From: Octopus sinensis
Taxonomy: Eukaryota
Length of the DNA stretch: 36,212 bases
Direction: 5' to 3'
NCBI RefSeq assembly: GCF_006345805.1
Contig: NW_021826221.1
Location: 1-36,212, forward strand
Shown here: piece by piece, positions 1 to 10,267 of the stretch
How positions within the stretch are numbered: the stretch's first letter is position 1
How the letters are laid out: every line of letters starts with the position of its first letter
Program-made: the position numbers and the translations under genes
The notes under the pieces: generated by a model
Told to the model about the DNA's origin: nothing
Databases searched by the model: none
What the model saw: only the letters and a program-made list of their open reading frames with translations

Positions 1-144
1 TCCTTCCTTCCTTCCTTCCTTCCTTCCTTCCTTCCTTCCTTCCTTCCTTCCTTCCATCCATCCATCCATCCATCCATCCATCCATCCATCCATCCATCCA
101 TCCATCCATCCATCCATCCATCCATCCATCCATCCATCCATCCA
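1..144. repeat. Compound tetranucleotide microsatellite (TCCT)13-(TCCA)23, truncated by the window start
   Basis: Read directly: TCCT units 1-52, TCCA units 53-144; ends 28 nt before the exon at 173. Confidence 0.97.
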
Positions 145-172
145 GTTTGATGTTTACCTTTCTCATCTGCAG

Positions 173-341
173 GTGCTGGTTCATTTGGTCGTGTTGTTTT
201 AGTGCGTCACAAAGACACCAAAGAATATTATGCACTGAAAATGATGTCTATTGCTGCCGTTGTGCGGTTGAAACAAACTGAACACGTTAAAAGCGAACGT
301 GAAATCCTAGAATCCATTCACCATCCATTCATTGTGAACAT
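173..341 (+). CDS. PRKX: PRKX/Pka-C3-like protein kinase, internal coding exon (169 bp; Gly-rich loop, VAIK-type lysine, alphaC helix)
   Basis: CAG acceptor ending at 172, GTAAGT donor at 342. Phase-1 translation (G)[55 protein letters not shown](M) contains the GxGxFG, ALK and alphaC Glu motifs of AGC kinases. The frame joins the exon at 23206. Not in the ORF track because it has no upstream start. Confidence 0.95.
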
Positions 342-898
342 GTAAGTTTTCCTTCAATTTTTGTTTTCTTTCAAAATTTTGTGCCTTTGTTTCTCTTCTA
401 AAACAATTTTAGCATCCATTTGGATGGTTTGGATTTTCTTTTTTTTTTTTGCAGATGTGTAAATCTGTTTCCCATTCCTTGATCTACTTTTGAAGGTTAC
501 TGCTTACTTCTGGCTTTGTGGTGTAGATAGTAACACACAATTTTCTTCTTTTCTTCCCCTCTTCCACAAGTTTCAGTTCCACATTGACCCAATACCTGTT
601 ACCAATAGTTGGCTAATCTGTGGAATTAAATGAATCTGCTGAGACATTCATTGCAATATGATTCGAACTCAGGATTTATTAACTGGCTTTTATGTTTTAC
701 ATATTCAAACATCTCAATGTGGATATTTGCATATTGTTGGAGTAATTACTTATTTGGTCTTGAATTGGCAAAATTCTTAGATGGGTAGAATACCTCATAG
801 AATTTGTTCTAAATCTGTATTCTGAGTTCAAACCCTACTTAGGTCATCTTTATCTTTCATCCTTTTCACTCAATAAAAAAAAAAAATACGAATCCATA

Positions 899-1319
899 GG
901 CGCAGGAGTGGCTGTGTGGTAAGTAGCTTGCTAACCAAGCACATGGTTCCGGGTTCAGTCCCACTGCGTGGCATCTTGGGCAAGTGTCTTCTGCTATAGC
1001 CCCGCTGGACCAATGCCTTGTGAGTGGATTTGGTAGACGGAAACTGAAAGAAGCCTGTCGTATATTGTATGTATATATGTATGTGTGTGTGTGTGTGTGT
1101 TTGTGTATCTGTTTTGTCCCCCTAGCATGCTTGACAACCGATGCTGGTGTGTTTTACGTCCCCGTCACTTAGTGGTTCGGCAAAAGAGACCGATAGAATA
1201 GTACTGGGCTTACAAAGAATAAGTCCCGGGGTCGATTTGCTCGACTAAAGCCGGTGCTCCAGCATGGCCGCAGTCAAATGACTGAAACAAGTAAAAGAGT
1301 AAAAAAAGAGTAAGAGTAA
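899..1319 (+). mobile_element. tRNA-derived SINE, young full-length copy with an internal TA/TG microsatellite
   Basis: A-box-like TGGCTGTGTGG (909-919), B-box-like GGTTCAGTCCC (952-962), CORE-like TCTTGGGCAAGTG (974-986), (GAGTAAAA)-type tail, CpG-rich. Possible short TSD AATCCA (891-896 / 1318-1323). Homologous older copies lie at 6160-6317, 18140-18502 and 21800-21900. Confidence 0.85.
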
Positions 1320-2160
1320 TCCAGAGTGGTAATTGGCAGAATTGTTGGTGCTGGGCATGATGCCTCATGTTCCAGTTCTTAGCATTTTGTTCCAGCTTTT
1401 TGTACTCTGAAAGCAATGCCTGTACCAATACTTATGTCAAGTTGTGGTGGTTCTGAGGCAGTGGTCTTTTTCTTGGATGTTAAGTGGGGAGGCTTGCATG
1501 CATGAACAAATGCCAGTCTTCTAAAACCCTTGTCCAGGCTTGTACATACAGGTACAGCTACGTAGTCAACCCTGGCTGGTGAAGGCCATAGGTACTTATA
1601 CAGCTGAATATTTAACCCTTGTAATACCATCAATTCATCAACTCTGAAATTGAGTGACACCTTCTGATAATAGGACTAGGATAAGTAGTAATTGTGCATG
1701 CCTTGTAGGAATATGACTGCTGTAATAAGGTTCAAAATTAATTTCAGTAATCTAGATAACTTCATATCTTAACTCCTGTACTCTCTAAACAAACCATATT
1801 CATTGATGAAATAAATGAATTACTTCTTATGTATTGAATAAAATTAAATATATAACAATAAAACTCGCTTTGTGAGAAACGTACAGCTGCAACTTGAAGA
1901 GTTTTCACCTAACCTGGGTAAATTCTCCATTCTCCATCTATCAACACTGCACTCACAGACACTGTCTTCTTTATGTCGTCACAATTAAATAAACTTACTT
2001 CTCCAACTCTGAAATTTCCCCATCTAATTCATTTTTTTGTTTACAAATTTACTCCACTCCTTTTTGCTAGAATATGAACTAAACTTTAATCATGATAAAC
2101 TCAAGCAGTTTCCACAGCTATTGCCACTTCATTCATATATATATAAACAAATATTCAAGC

Positions 2161-2193
<33 letters not shown>

Positions 2194-3056
2194 CATGATT
2201 ATGTTCATATAAATATATAAACTTAAATGTTCTTAGATATATACATGGCCAAACATACAAACTACTAAAAAACAAAAAAAAACTCACTAAGAAAACAACA
2301 TGAAATATCAGTACAACTACTTACACACTTAGACATAAATCTTCACAAATTAATACTGTTGTATGATATTAAAATAATGGTATAATATCGAGTATAAATT
2401 GTAAAGTAGAAGATAATTGAAGCTAATGGCAGAGATGAGAAATCATGTGACAAAAAGTTGAAATGAGACAGGTTGCATGTATAAAGATGTATAAGTTCAT
2501 ATGCACAAAAAAAGCACACACTCTTACATGAATGTACATATAAGGTCGTGTGTAAAGAAAAAAGAAACATGAAAATATATAGGTAGCAAGAGTTAGGATA
2601 TAACATAATTCTCAAAGAAATTGGAAAGTAACCAGAGCAAAAGAGTGAAAAGGTAGGAGAAATGTCCTAGGCTCAACCAAATTCTCACATTACCAGTTGT
2701 AGTAACATAGAAGAGTAATGTAGAATTCCAGAGTTTGATATAGTGGTTAATAAAATTGGGTGAAAAATATACCATGGAATATCATTATTACACTAATTTA
2801 TGTTAATCAGATAGAGTGTGGACCTAGAGACAAGGGGAGGTGAGATTCTTTATGAAATGTCTGTAACTAGAACTATAAATGAAGCGAGAGTGACAGGAAT
2901 TGTTTTATAGGAATTAGGATTTGTAATGGAGAAAAGTATTGCGTAATTTGTGTTTATATCTCATAATGAGTGATTTAGCAAGGAAAAGTGAAGTTCCTAA
3001 TGAAATTACTTGTAACTACATTTGAGGAGGGATTAACCAGCCTTGTTAAATGAGAA

Positions 3057-4768
3057 TTAAAGCTCATGAACTTTTGCCACACACAGATACACCTGGCACT
3101 TGAAACAGACAAATTTTCTTTGGCAGCTACAGCAGTTCATCTGGCACTGGTTGGTGGTGGATTGTATAGGCCAGTGACCAATATTGTCAAAACGACCTTG
3201 GAACTGCTCATACTTTCAGTGATTGTACTTTCTTGGCAAGAATGTTGTCTTCATATTCACTGTTAATATTGTTTTCTCCCTAGAACAAAATTCTGCAAGT
3301 ATCAGTGTGGAAATCAACCAAATAATTGGTACCTCTGAGTTGGCTATAGATGACAAATGTATTGACAATAGCTAACACGATCATATGAAAAGCCATCCTG
3401 TGATACCATTTCCTGGTATGCAGGAAATGGCATCACAGGATGAAGTGAGAAGAGCATATCAGCTTTATCTGCCCCACCTATGAAGTGGTTGTAGATTTTG
3501 ACACTTGTAGGACAGAGTACTTTCAGCTCCTTGTGATTCATAGCAGTTGGCCTCTGATACAGGATTCTCACAACAAAGTTGGAAATTGTTGGAAGGCAGC
3601 AATTGCCATACCATCCACAAATTACAATTTAGTTGTCATTAAAAACATAATATGGATATAATTTATTTGGAACGATTTTGAGTCAGGCTTGTGGAAATGA
3701 TAGGCGCAGCAATTTGATTGCTCCAATACATCTTTCAATTTGGTAGTTTACGAATATTCATGTAAAGTAAAATACCTATGGCTCACTTGATTTTGATGAC
3801 TGTGACTGATTTTAGCGGCTTGAATATTGTAAAAGTTTGGCTCCTGATAAATTTTTAAAGATCAAAGAAATCAAATGGTGCACTTTTTGTTTTCGACTTA
3901 CTATTCTCTGTTAATTTCAATGGATTGTCTAGTACATCACATTGAGGCAGTTGAAGCTTCTTTGATTACCAAGACAAATTAAATTTCTTTATTATTTTTG
4001 AAGCTGCAGTTGACATTTTTGGCAGTTTAGCTTTTGGAGTTGATTTAGGTGAATCACTTTCAGTTTCAGTTAAGCTGCTCTCCTCTAACACTTCATCTTC
4101 CATTTCACACTCATATTCACATTCTTCAAGGATCTCATTTTCTGAATCCCTTTCTGAATAATCATCAACATCACTTTCATTACCTTTGGGTGTGATAGTA
4201 GTTTGTAGTGTCATATTTTTGCTTTGGTTGTAAAAGGAACTGAAAGCTAAAAAATGTAACTTGTGGTAGAACATGATGATAAAATATCTGTGGAGACTCA
4301 GAAAAAACTTGTGTACCAAACTATGTCGTCATTCAGGCTCCATATATTCATTGAAACATCCTCCGCTAACAAACAAAAAATGTAAACATTGATGTCCTGT
4401 TTTCCTTATATTCCTGATGCACACTTATGTGTATAAAACCTTTACATGATGATCTTCACTTAGATATTGAATAAAACAAGAAACAAACGTACAAATTAGA
4501 AAAAATAATTAAAGTAAGCCTTGACTAGCCTATATTTTGAGGAAAAAACTGCTCAGGTGACCAGAAACTTCCCTCACAGCTATACCAGTTGTTGAGGTTG
4601 CTGTCTTGAAAGAACTTCATGAGAATCCCACAATGCATTTGATTATAAACATTAAACTTTGATACCTACTTAAAGTAAGTCAGCAAAAATTATGGCTGCT
4701 ATAGACTTGTTCAAAGTCAACAGGCAGTTTAATTTTGTACACTTATGTGTACATCAGGCCTTAATGGG
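3057..4768 (-). mobile_element. piggyBac-family DNA transposon remnant, internally deleted, pseudogenised transposase
   Basis: Minus-strand fragments in order: acidic N-terminus (ORF 3966-4319); IGILLYM..LP..YWS..QNR..F(N)DN; CPTSVKIYNHFIGGADKAD; RKWYHRMAFH..AIVN; C-terminal RFDNIGHWP..C..C..CFKCQVYLC with stop at 3057. The terminus reads CCCATTAAGGCCTGATG next to TTAA (4769-4772). The second terminus was not found. Confidence 0.85.
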
Positions 4769-5647
4769 TTAATGCAAAAACTGTCCTATGATAATCCTTT
4801 GTGGTTGAGCATGTTAATGCACTTGGAACACCTATTACAGGGCTCCAAACAACCATAATAGTGACATATGCATAGCAATTATAATATAAACTTGTGTTTA
4901 TATTTATTTCTCATATATGTATATCAGCTGATGATGATGATGGTGATGTAAATGAATAAAAGTTCCAGGAAGGTTGCAGTGAAATATTTTAATAATGATA
5001 GAAAAATTAAGTCAAAGGTAAAGGAAATGTGGTGTATTTTGCTTAAAGTCAGATTGAAAATGGCTGGGTTTTCCTAAGGAAATGAGAAAACACTGCTTAA
5101 ATCCTGGTTTTTTGTTTAGCACTAGAGAGTCAATCTTTGTCTCTGTTTAAGAAGGGAGTGACTGCATTCCTTTATCGTCTTTTATATATCAACTGTAAAA
5201 GAATGTGATTAAATCTTTTCTTGCTTGCTAGACAACATCACACAAAAAGACAAGATAAAAGGATTTAAGTGGTATTATATGTTACCTCGGGAAAATTCAA
5301 ACATTCTATGTCTGTACATAAAGAAAAAAATTCCTTCTAATTTTTCTTCTATTATTGATATATAATATAATATGTGTGCATTAGCTTGTATGTGTGTGTA
5401 TATTTATGTGAAGGTGAGGATATGGATGTACATCTATATATATATGTATATGTTAGTGTATATATGTGTGAATGGATTTACTTATGCAAGTAAGATAAAT
5501 ATCCCTAGAGAAAGAAATGTAGGGTCAAAAGTCAAAGTTCAGTAACCCTCCAAACATACAGTAACATTTGTTCCAACAAACAATTTCACATCCTACATAT
5601 ACATACATGTATGTATGCATACATATATGTGTGCGTTATGTGTGGTG

Positions 5648-5681
<34 letters not shown>

Positions 5682-5749
5682 TATATATGTGTTGTGTGTG
5701 TGTATGTATGTATATATATATATATTATATATATATATATATATAATAA

Positions 5750-5888
5750 TCATCATCAATCATCATCATTATAACGTCTGTTTTCCATGCTGGCATGGGT
5801 TTAGACTGTTTTACTGGGACTCTTAAGCCGGAGTGCTGCACCAGGCTCCAGTCTGAGTTGGCTGGGTGCCCTTCCTAATGCCAACCAA
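5750..5888 (-). mobile_element. Short 5'-truncated RTE LINE 3' tail
   Basis: (CAT)n followed by AACGTCTGTTTTCCATGCTGGCATGGG and GCACCAGGCTCCAGTCTG, homologous to the 3' end of the LINE at 11078-12590. Confidence 0.75.
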
Positions 5889-6159
5889 GTGGGTAGTGGG
5901 GGCCTTTTACTTGTCTCGCACATTCTCATTGTTTTTAATATTCTCTTTTCCATGTTTGCATTGGTCAGGTGGAAGTTATTGAGGCAGGTGTTCCATGGTC
6001 AGTCCTCAACTGTTTCTAAGCAGGTTTTCATTTCCCTCATGGGTGGGTATGTTTCAAAGGAAGACTGGAACCTAATTGCACTGCTTCTATTACAGTAACT
6101 GCCATGTGATGTCAGAGCAAGAAGACACACAAATACATGCTTGCTCAGGCATACATTCG

Positions 6160-6317
6160 TATTAGGCTTCCATCAGTTTCCATCTACCAAATCTACACAC
6201 AAAGCTTTGGTCAGCTTGTGACTGTAGTGAGAGATACTTGTCCAAAGTGACACGCACTGGAACTGAACTTGAAGCCAAATTCTTGGGAAGCAAGCTTTTT
6301 CACCACACACCCATACC
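6160..6317 (-). mobile_element. tRNA-SINE 5' half, decayed (same family as 899-1319)
   Basis: Reverse complement aligns by eye to 899-1060 (GGTAGATGGAAACTGATGGAAGCC, TTGGACAAGT). Confidence 0.7.
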
Positions 6318-6326
6318 TAAGCATAT

Positions 6327-6778
6327 ATCATCATCATCATCATTATCATCATCATCGTTGTCGTTTAATGTCTGCTTTCCATGCTAGCATGGGATGGATG
6401 ATTTGACTGAGGATTGGCGAACCAGATGGCTGCACCAGGCTCCAGTCCTGATCTGGCAGAGTTTCTACAGCTGGATGCCCTTCCTAACACCAACCACTCC
6501 GAGAGTGTAGTGGGTGTTTTTACGTGCCACCAGCATGAGAGCCAGTCAGGCGGTACTGGCAACAGCCATACTCAAATGGTGTTTTTTACATGTCACCTGC
6601 ATGGAAGCCAGTCCAGCGGCACTAGCAACGACCTCGCTCAAATGGATTTTCATGGGCCAGTAAGGTGATGTTGGTAACGATCACACTCGAATGGTGCCCT
6701 TTTACGTGCCATCGGCATGGAAGCCAGTTTGTTGCTCTGACAACGATCATGCTCGGATGGTGCTCTTAGCGCTCTACT
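6327..6778 (-). mobile_element. 5'-truncated RTE LINE 3' UTR copy with tandem hairpin units
   Basis: (CAT)n tail, CCATGCTAGCATGG palindrome, GGATGCCCTTCCTAACACCAACC block, then several ~65-bp units containing TTTTACGTGCCA; homologous to 11078-11600. Confidence 0.85.
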
Positions 6779-6844
6779 ATGTATATATAAATATGTATAT
6801 ATGTATGTGTGTGTGTGTGTGTATATGTGTATATATATGGCAAT

Positions 6845-7080
6845 CCATTGGTTATGAGGGTTCCAGTTGATCCGTTCAACTGATCAGCTTGCTCATGAAA
6901 TTAATGACACAGAACATGACTGGCCCAGTGAATAACAGGTACTACTCATTTATGTCAGCTGAGTAGACTGGAGCAATGTGAAATAAAGTGTCTTGTCCAA
7001 GGATACAGTGTGCCACTCGGAATTGGACTTGTGATCTTATCATGAGCCAAATACCCTAACTACTTAGCCATGTGCCTTCA
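6845..7080 (-). mobile_element. tRNA-head CORE-like SINE (second family), decayed; related copy at about 19540-19750 (-)
   Basis: Reverse complement begins GAAGGCACATGGCTAAGTAGTTAG (A-box-like) and contains TCCTTGGACAAGACACTTTATTTCACATTGCTCCAGTCTACTCAGCTG. GCTGAGTGGACTGGAGCAA recurs near 19645. Confidence 0.7.
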
Positions 7081-7127
7081 CATGTATGCGCATGTGTGTG
7101 TGTGTGTGTGTGTGTGTGCATTGGTAT

Positions 7128-7335
7128 TGTTGTTTAGCCCCAAGAGCTATGTCTGGATTGAGGTGACCTATGGTCAAATGTATTCCAACCATGACCATTC
7201 AATTCTTTTCTATGTTTAGGCCACCAAAAAACTAAATGTCTCCTTTCCTGAGATGATGGTGGTCTGTTTTGGGAGAGATTAGGTTTCTATTTCTTGCTAG
7301 TTGTGTAAACCATGTAGAATCTCACTTGTTGGCTC
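7128..7335. repeat. Unclassified interspersed repeat; inverted homologue at about 32410-32612 and a fragment near 20730-20770
   Basis: TTGTTTAGCCCCA...TCCAACCATGA and TATTTCTTGCTAGTTG correspond to reverse-complement motifs TGGGCTGAACAA and CTACTAGAAATAGCAGC at 32410-32612 and CTGCTAGAAATAGCAG at 20744. Confidence 0.5.
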
Positions 7336-7867
7336 ATATTCATGTGTGATATTATATACAGAATATATATAATGATGTGTATAACACATGCACAGTGTTT
7401 AATGTGTGTATCTATGTTATGTCTGTTCTTTCCCAGAAAATACTAAAAAAATTGTAAAAATGTCTAATTTTGGTAAAACTGTATTATTTGGTTGTCATTA
7501 GTGTATGACATGACATGATGTAGATTTGGTGAAAGATTCTCCAACATCTGGAATCTCAGATGTCTGTGAAGATAGAAAAAAGGTGGGTAGGTTAGAGTGA
7601 ATTCATTTATTTACTCAGTTTCTATTTGTAGAATAACTGAAATTACATCAGCGAATTTTCCTGAAATCACTCTGTCCTTTTTCACACATATAAGCTACAA
7701 TTTCACTGGCATAAAGCCATTTTACACATAATATTTTCATTGCATATGATGTGTATGTCTGTGTGTGTGGATAACTTGGTGTGTGTGTGTGTGTGTATGT
7801 GAACAATACTCTTTTTATGTCTCACCACATGTCAAGGAATGGTTTGCTCTTTGTATATGTTGTGTAT

Positions 7868-7926
<59 letters not shown>

Positions 7927-7929
7927 GTT

Positions 7930-8336
7930 CAAATTAATTAGTAAACAATAATATAAAATCCCTATGGCTATTTGCATGCAAAAAGCCTTTTGATTTTATA
8001 AAACCACTGCTCAGGTGCAGTTATCGATATTTTGTCAGTGCCATACACTGATATCGACTATCTGCCATCAGCCTCGTTCACTCATCAATTTTCATCAAAA
8101 TTGGACAAAAAGCTGCAGGAAGAATAACAATGTTATGGGAATTTCCATTCAAACGCCCGATTGAGCTCACAAAAATCGATGCCAACTGAGCATTATTGAG
8201 TTTTTGAAAAATTCCAGACTTATTTGAACTTCAGGGCATGTGATCTACCTATGTGCCAAAAATCATTAAAATCAGTTGGACAGTGTGAGAAACACAGACA
8301 GACAGACAGACACCATTACACATTTATGTATGTAGA
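7930..8336 (-). mobile_element. Helitron-like non-autonomous element (5' end at 8336; 3' end uncertain)
   Basis: Minus strand starts A|TCTACATACATAAA..., then (TCTG)n, then CCAACTGATTTTAATGATTTTTGGCACATAGGTAGAT. This architecture is typical of Helitron-derived HINE/Lep1/DINE-type repeats. Confidence 0.5.
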
Positions 8337-8384
8337 TATATACACATAGCTATACACACACACGCACACACACACACATGCACA

Positions 8385-8802
8385 TCTCTTATATAAAATC
8401 CGTTCTGTCTATCTGTCTGTGTGTGTCTTCTCATATCTCAGGCATCCTCCATCCGATTGCGCTCAAATTTGATATGTAGATACCGACGGTATCAGGGCTT
8501 GTACAAGTTTTGAAAAAATTACAAAAATCGATTCCAGGTGAGAATGTAATCGATAAAGCCGTTTTTGTCCTGCTTTTCTTCCGTCAACCTGTACATAACT
8601 GCGCCTTCCATTTTTAGTTGTTTTTGTAATGCTTAAAGGCACGTTTCTTTCCTGCCAAGCTTACTGTTTAAACCATGTTTTGTTCTCCCAGGCAACAACC
8701 TTATCATTACTGGTACTTTAACTCTTCGGTTGCATATTGTGTGAATAAAATGGTTTTTCTTTGGATAGAAAAAAAGTCTATCTTTATTTCTTCTTTTGCT
8801 AG
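8385..8802 (+). mobile_element. Helitron-like non-autonomous element (3' end uncertain: CTAG|T at 8799-8803 or CTTG|T at 8920-8924)
   Basis: A|TCTCTTATATAAAA start, TCTGTCTATCTGTCTG microsatellite, CCGATTGCGCTCAAATTTGATATGTAGAT core; CpG-rich. No convincing 3' hairpin seen. Confidence 0.5.
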
Positions 8803-8924
8803 TGTCTCAAATTTAGGTTAAATCAGTGTTTCTCAAAGGGAGGCCTATGGGACGGTCGGACAAGTTGTTTTGAGAAAATTTGGTTTAAATGTTTGTTGAC
8901 AGGGGTGGGGTGCGTTTTGCTTGT

Positions 8925-8994
<70 letters not shown>

Positions 8995-9017
8995 TTAGTT
9001 AACTATATACATATCTA

Positions 9018-9087
<70 letters not shown>

Positions 9088-9140
9088 TATATATATACCT
9101 ATATATATACACACATATACATACACACATATACATATAC

Positions 9141-9208
<68 letters not shown>

Positions 9209-9246
9209 TTAGTTAGCTATATACATATCTATCTATCTATATATAT
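8925..9246. repeat. Compound TA/CA/TATC microsatellite block with a duplicated unique core
   Basis: Read directly; core TTTAGTTA(A/G)CTATATACATATCTAT at about 8994 and 9208. Confidence 0.9.
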
Positions 9247-9610
9247 TATGGAGATGTACTCGCATAGCAAGTGATTTGATCTGAGATCGTGTGCTGGAAC
9301 GAAATACAGCACGGATTTTTGTCAGTGAACAGGTCGCGGATTTTAGCGATGAAAATATTTTAACAAATTAAACTTAAATGTTGAAGTGAATCGAACGGCT
9401 TTTGTGTGTTTCTTAAATGGCTTACAAACACCTTCCACGCTGCAATTGTTATCTATATATATATATATGTATATATAATAATATATTATAATAAATTAGA
9501 GACAAACCCACTATTATGCAAATCAAACAAAGAAAGACTTAAGCCAATACATAAAATATAAAATAATTTATATAAATTAAAATTTAACAAATGTTATATA
9601 TATATATAAC

Positions 9611-10182
9611 CGAGATCTCTGGAGATGTGCTGTGACTGCAAAGACCCGGGATGCTTCCGGCACCAGTTCCGCATACCCCCTGCCCATTCAAAGTACCTTG
9701 GATCCCGGAACATATCGCTGTGCTTGAGGAGACCTGTTGAGTCAAGTGCATGTACATGAACATCGAAACAAATATCAATGGAAATAGTAGTTGTGATACC
9801 TGTGCCGGTGGCACATAAAAGGCACCATCTGAACGTGGCCGATGCCAGCGCCGCCTTGTACGGCTTCTGTGCCGGTGGCACATAAAAAGCACCATCCGAA
9901 CGTGGCCGATGCCAGCACCGCCTTGGCTAGCTTCCGTGCCGGTGGCACGTTAAAAGCACCAACCGATTGTGGCCGATGCCAGACCCCCCCGTGGCACCTG
10001 TGCAGGTGGCATGTAAAAAGCACCCACTACACTCGCGGAGTGGTTGGCGTTATGAAGGGCATCCAGCTGTAGAAACACTGCCAGATCAGACTGGAGCCTG
10101 GTGCAGCCCCTGGCTTCCCAGACCCCAGTCGAACCGTCCAACCCGTGCTAGCATGGAGAACGGACGTTAAACGATGATGATG
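9611..10182 (+). mobile_element. 5'-truncated RTE LINE (last codons of the ORF, 3' UTR tandem array, (GAT)n tail) with 7-bp TSD
   Basis: Begins in RDLWRCAVTAKTR, homologous to RDLWKYAVLEKTR at the end of the ORF in the 11078-12590 copy. TSD ATATAAC at 9604-9610 and 10183-10189. Tandem units start at 9801, 9868, 9935 and 9999. Confidence 0.88.
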
Positions 10183-10267
10183 ATATAACATTTGGTATTC
10201 AAATAATGGTAACCATTAGTACCCTAACTGTGAAGCTACAACAATAAAAAGATTAGCATAACACTCC

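Noticed and set aside
435-500. Strong poly-T acceptor (T-tract GCAG at 451-454) as an alternative exon
   Set aside because: No consensus donor follows (GAAG|GTTACT) and there is no kinase-like coding. Cannot be supported without RNA data.
899-970. tRNA gene
   Set aside because: A/B boxes are present, but there is no complete cloverleaf and the sequence runs on into a SINE body found several times in the window.
1379-1660. 93-aa minus-strand ORF with non-repetitive sequence
   Set aside because: Starts at a non-ATG codon, no recognisable domain, no convincing splice signals.
8893-9274. ORFs rich in YIYI/THTH/CVCV (also 5611-5826, 20154-20652, 21368-21688, 28127-28315, 35884-36173)
   Set aside because: Translations of TA/CA/TG/CT microsatellites, which lack stop codons by construction.
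9795-10030. Regularly spaced 64-67-bp repeats as a CRISPR array (also the 21244-21790 array)
   Set aside because: Eukaryotic intron, no cas genes, and the spacers are homologous or low-complexity rather than unique. The first array is a LINE 3' UTR.
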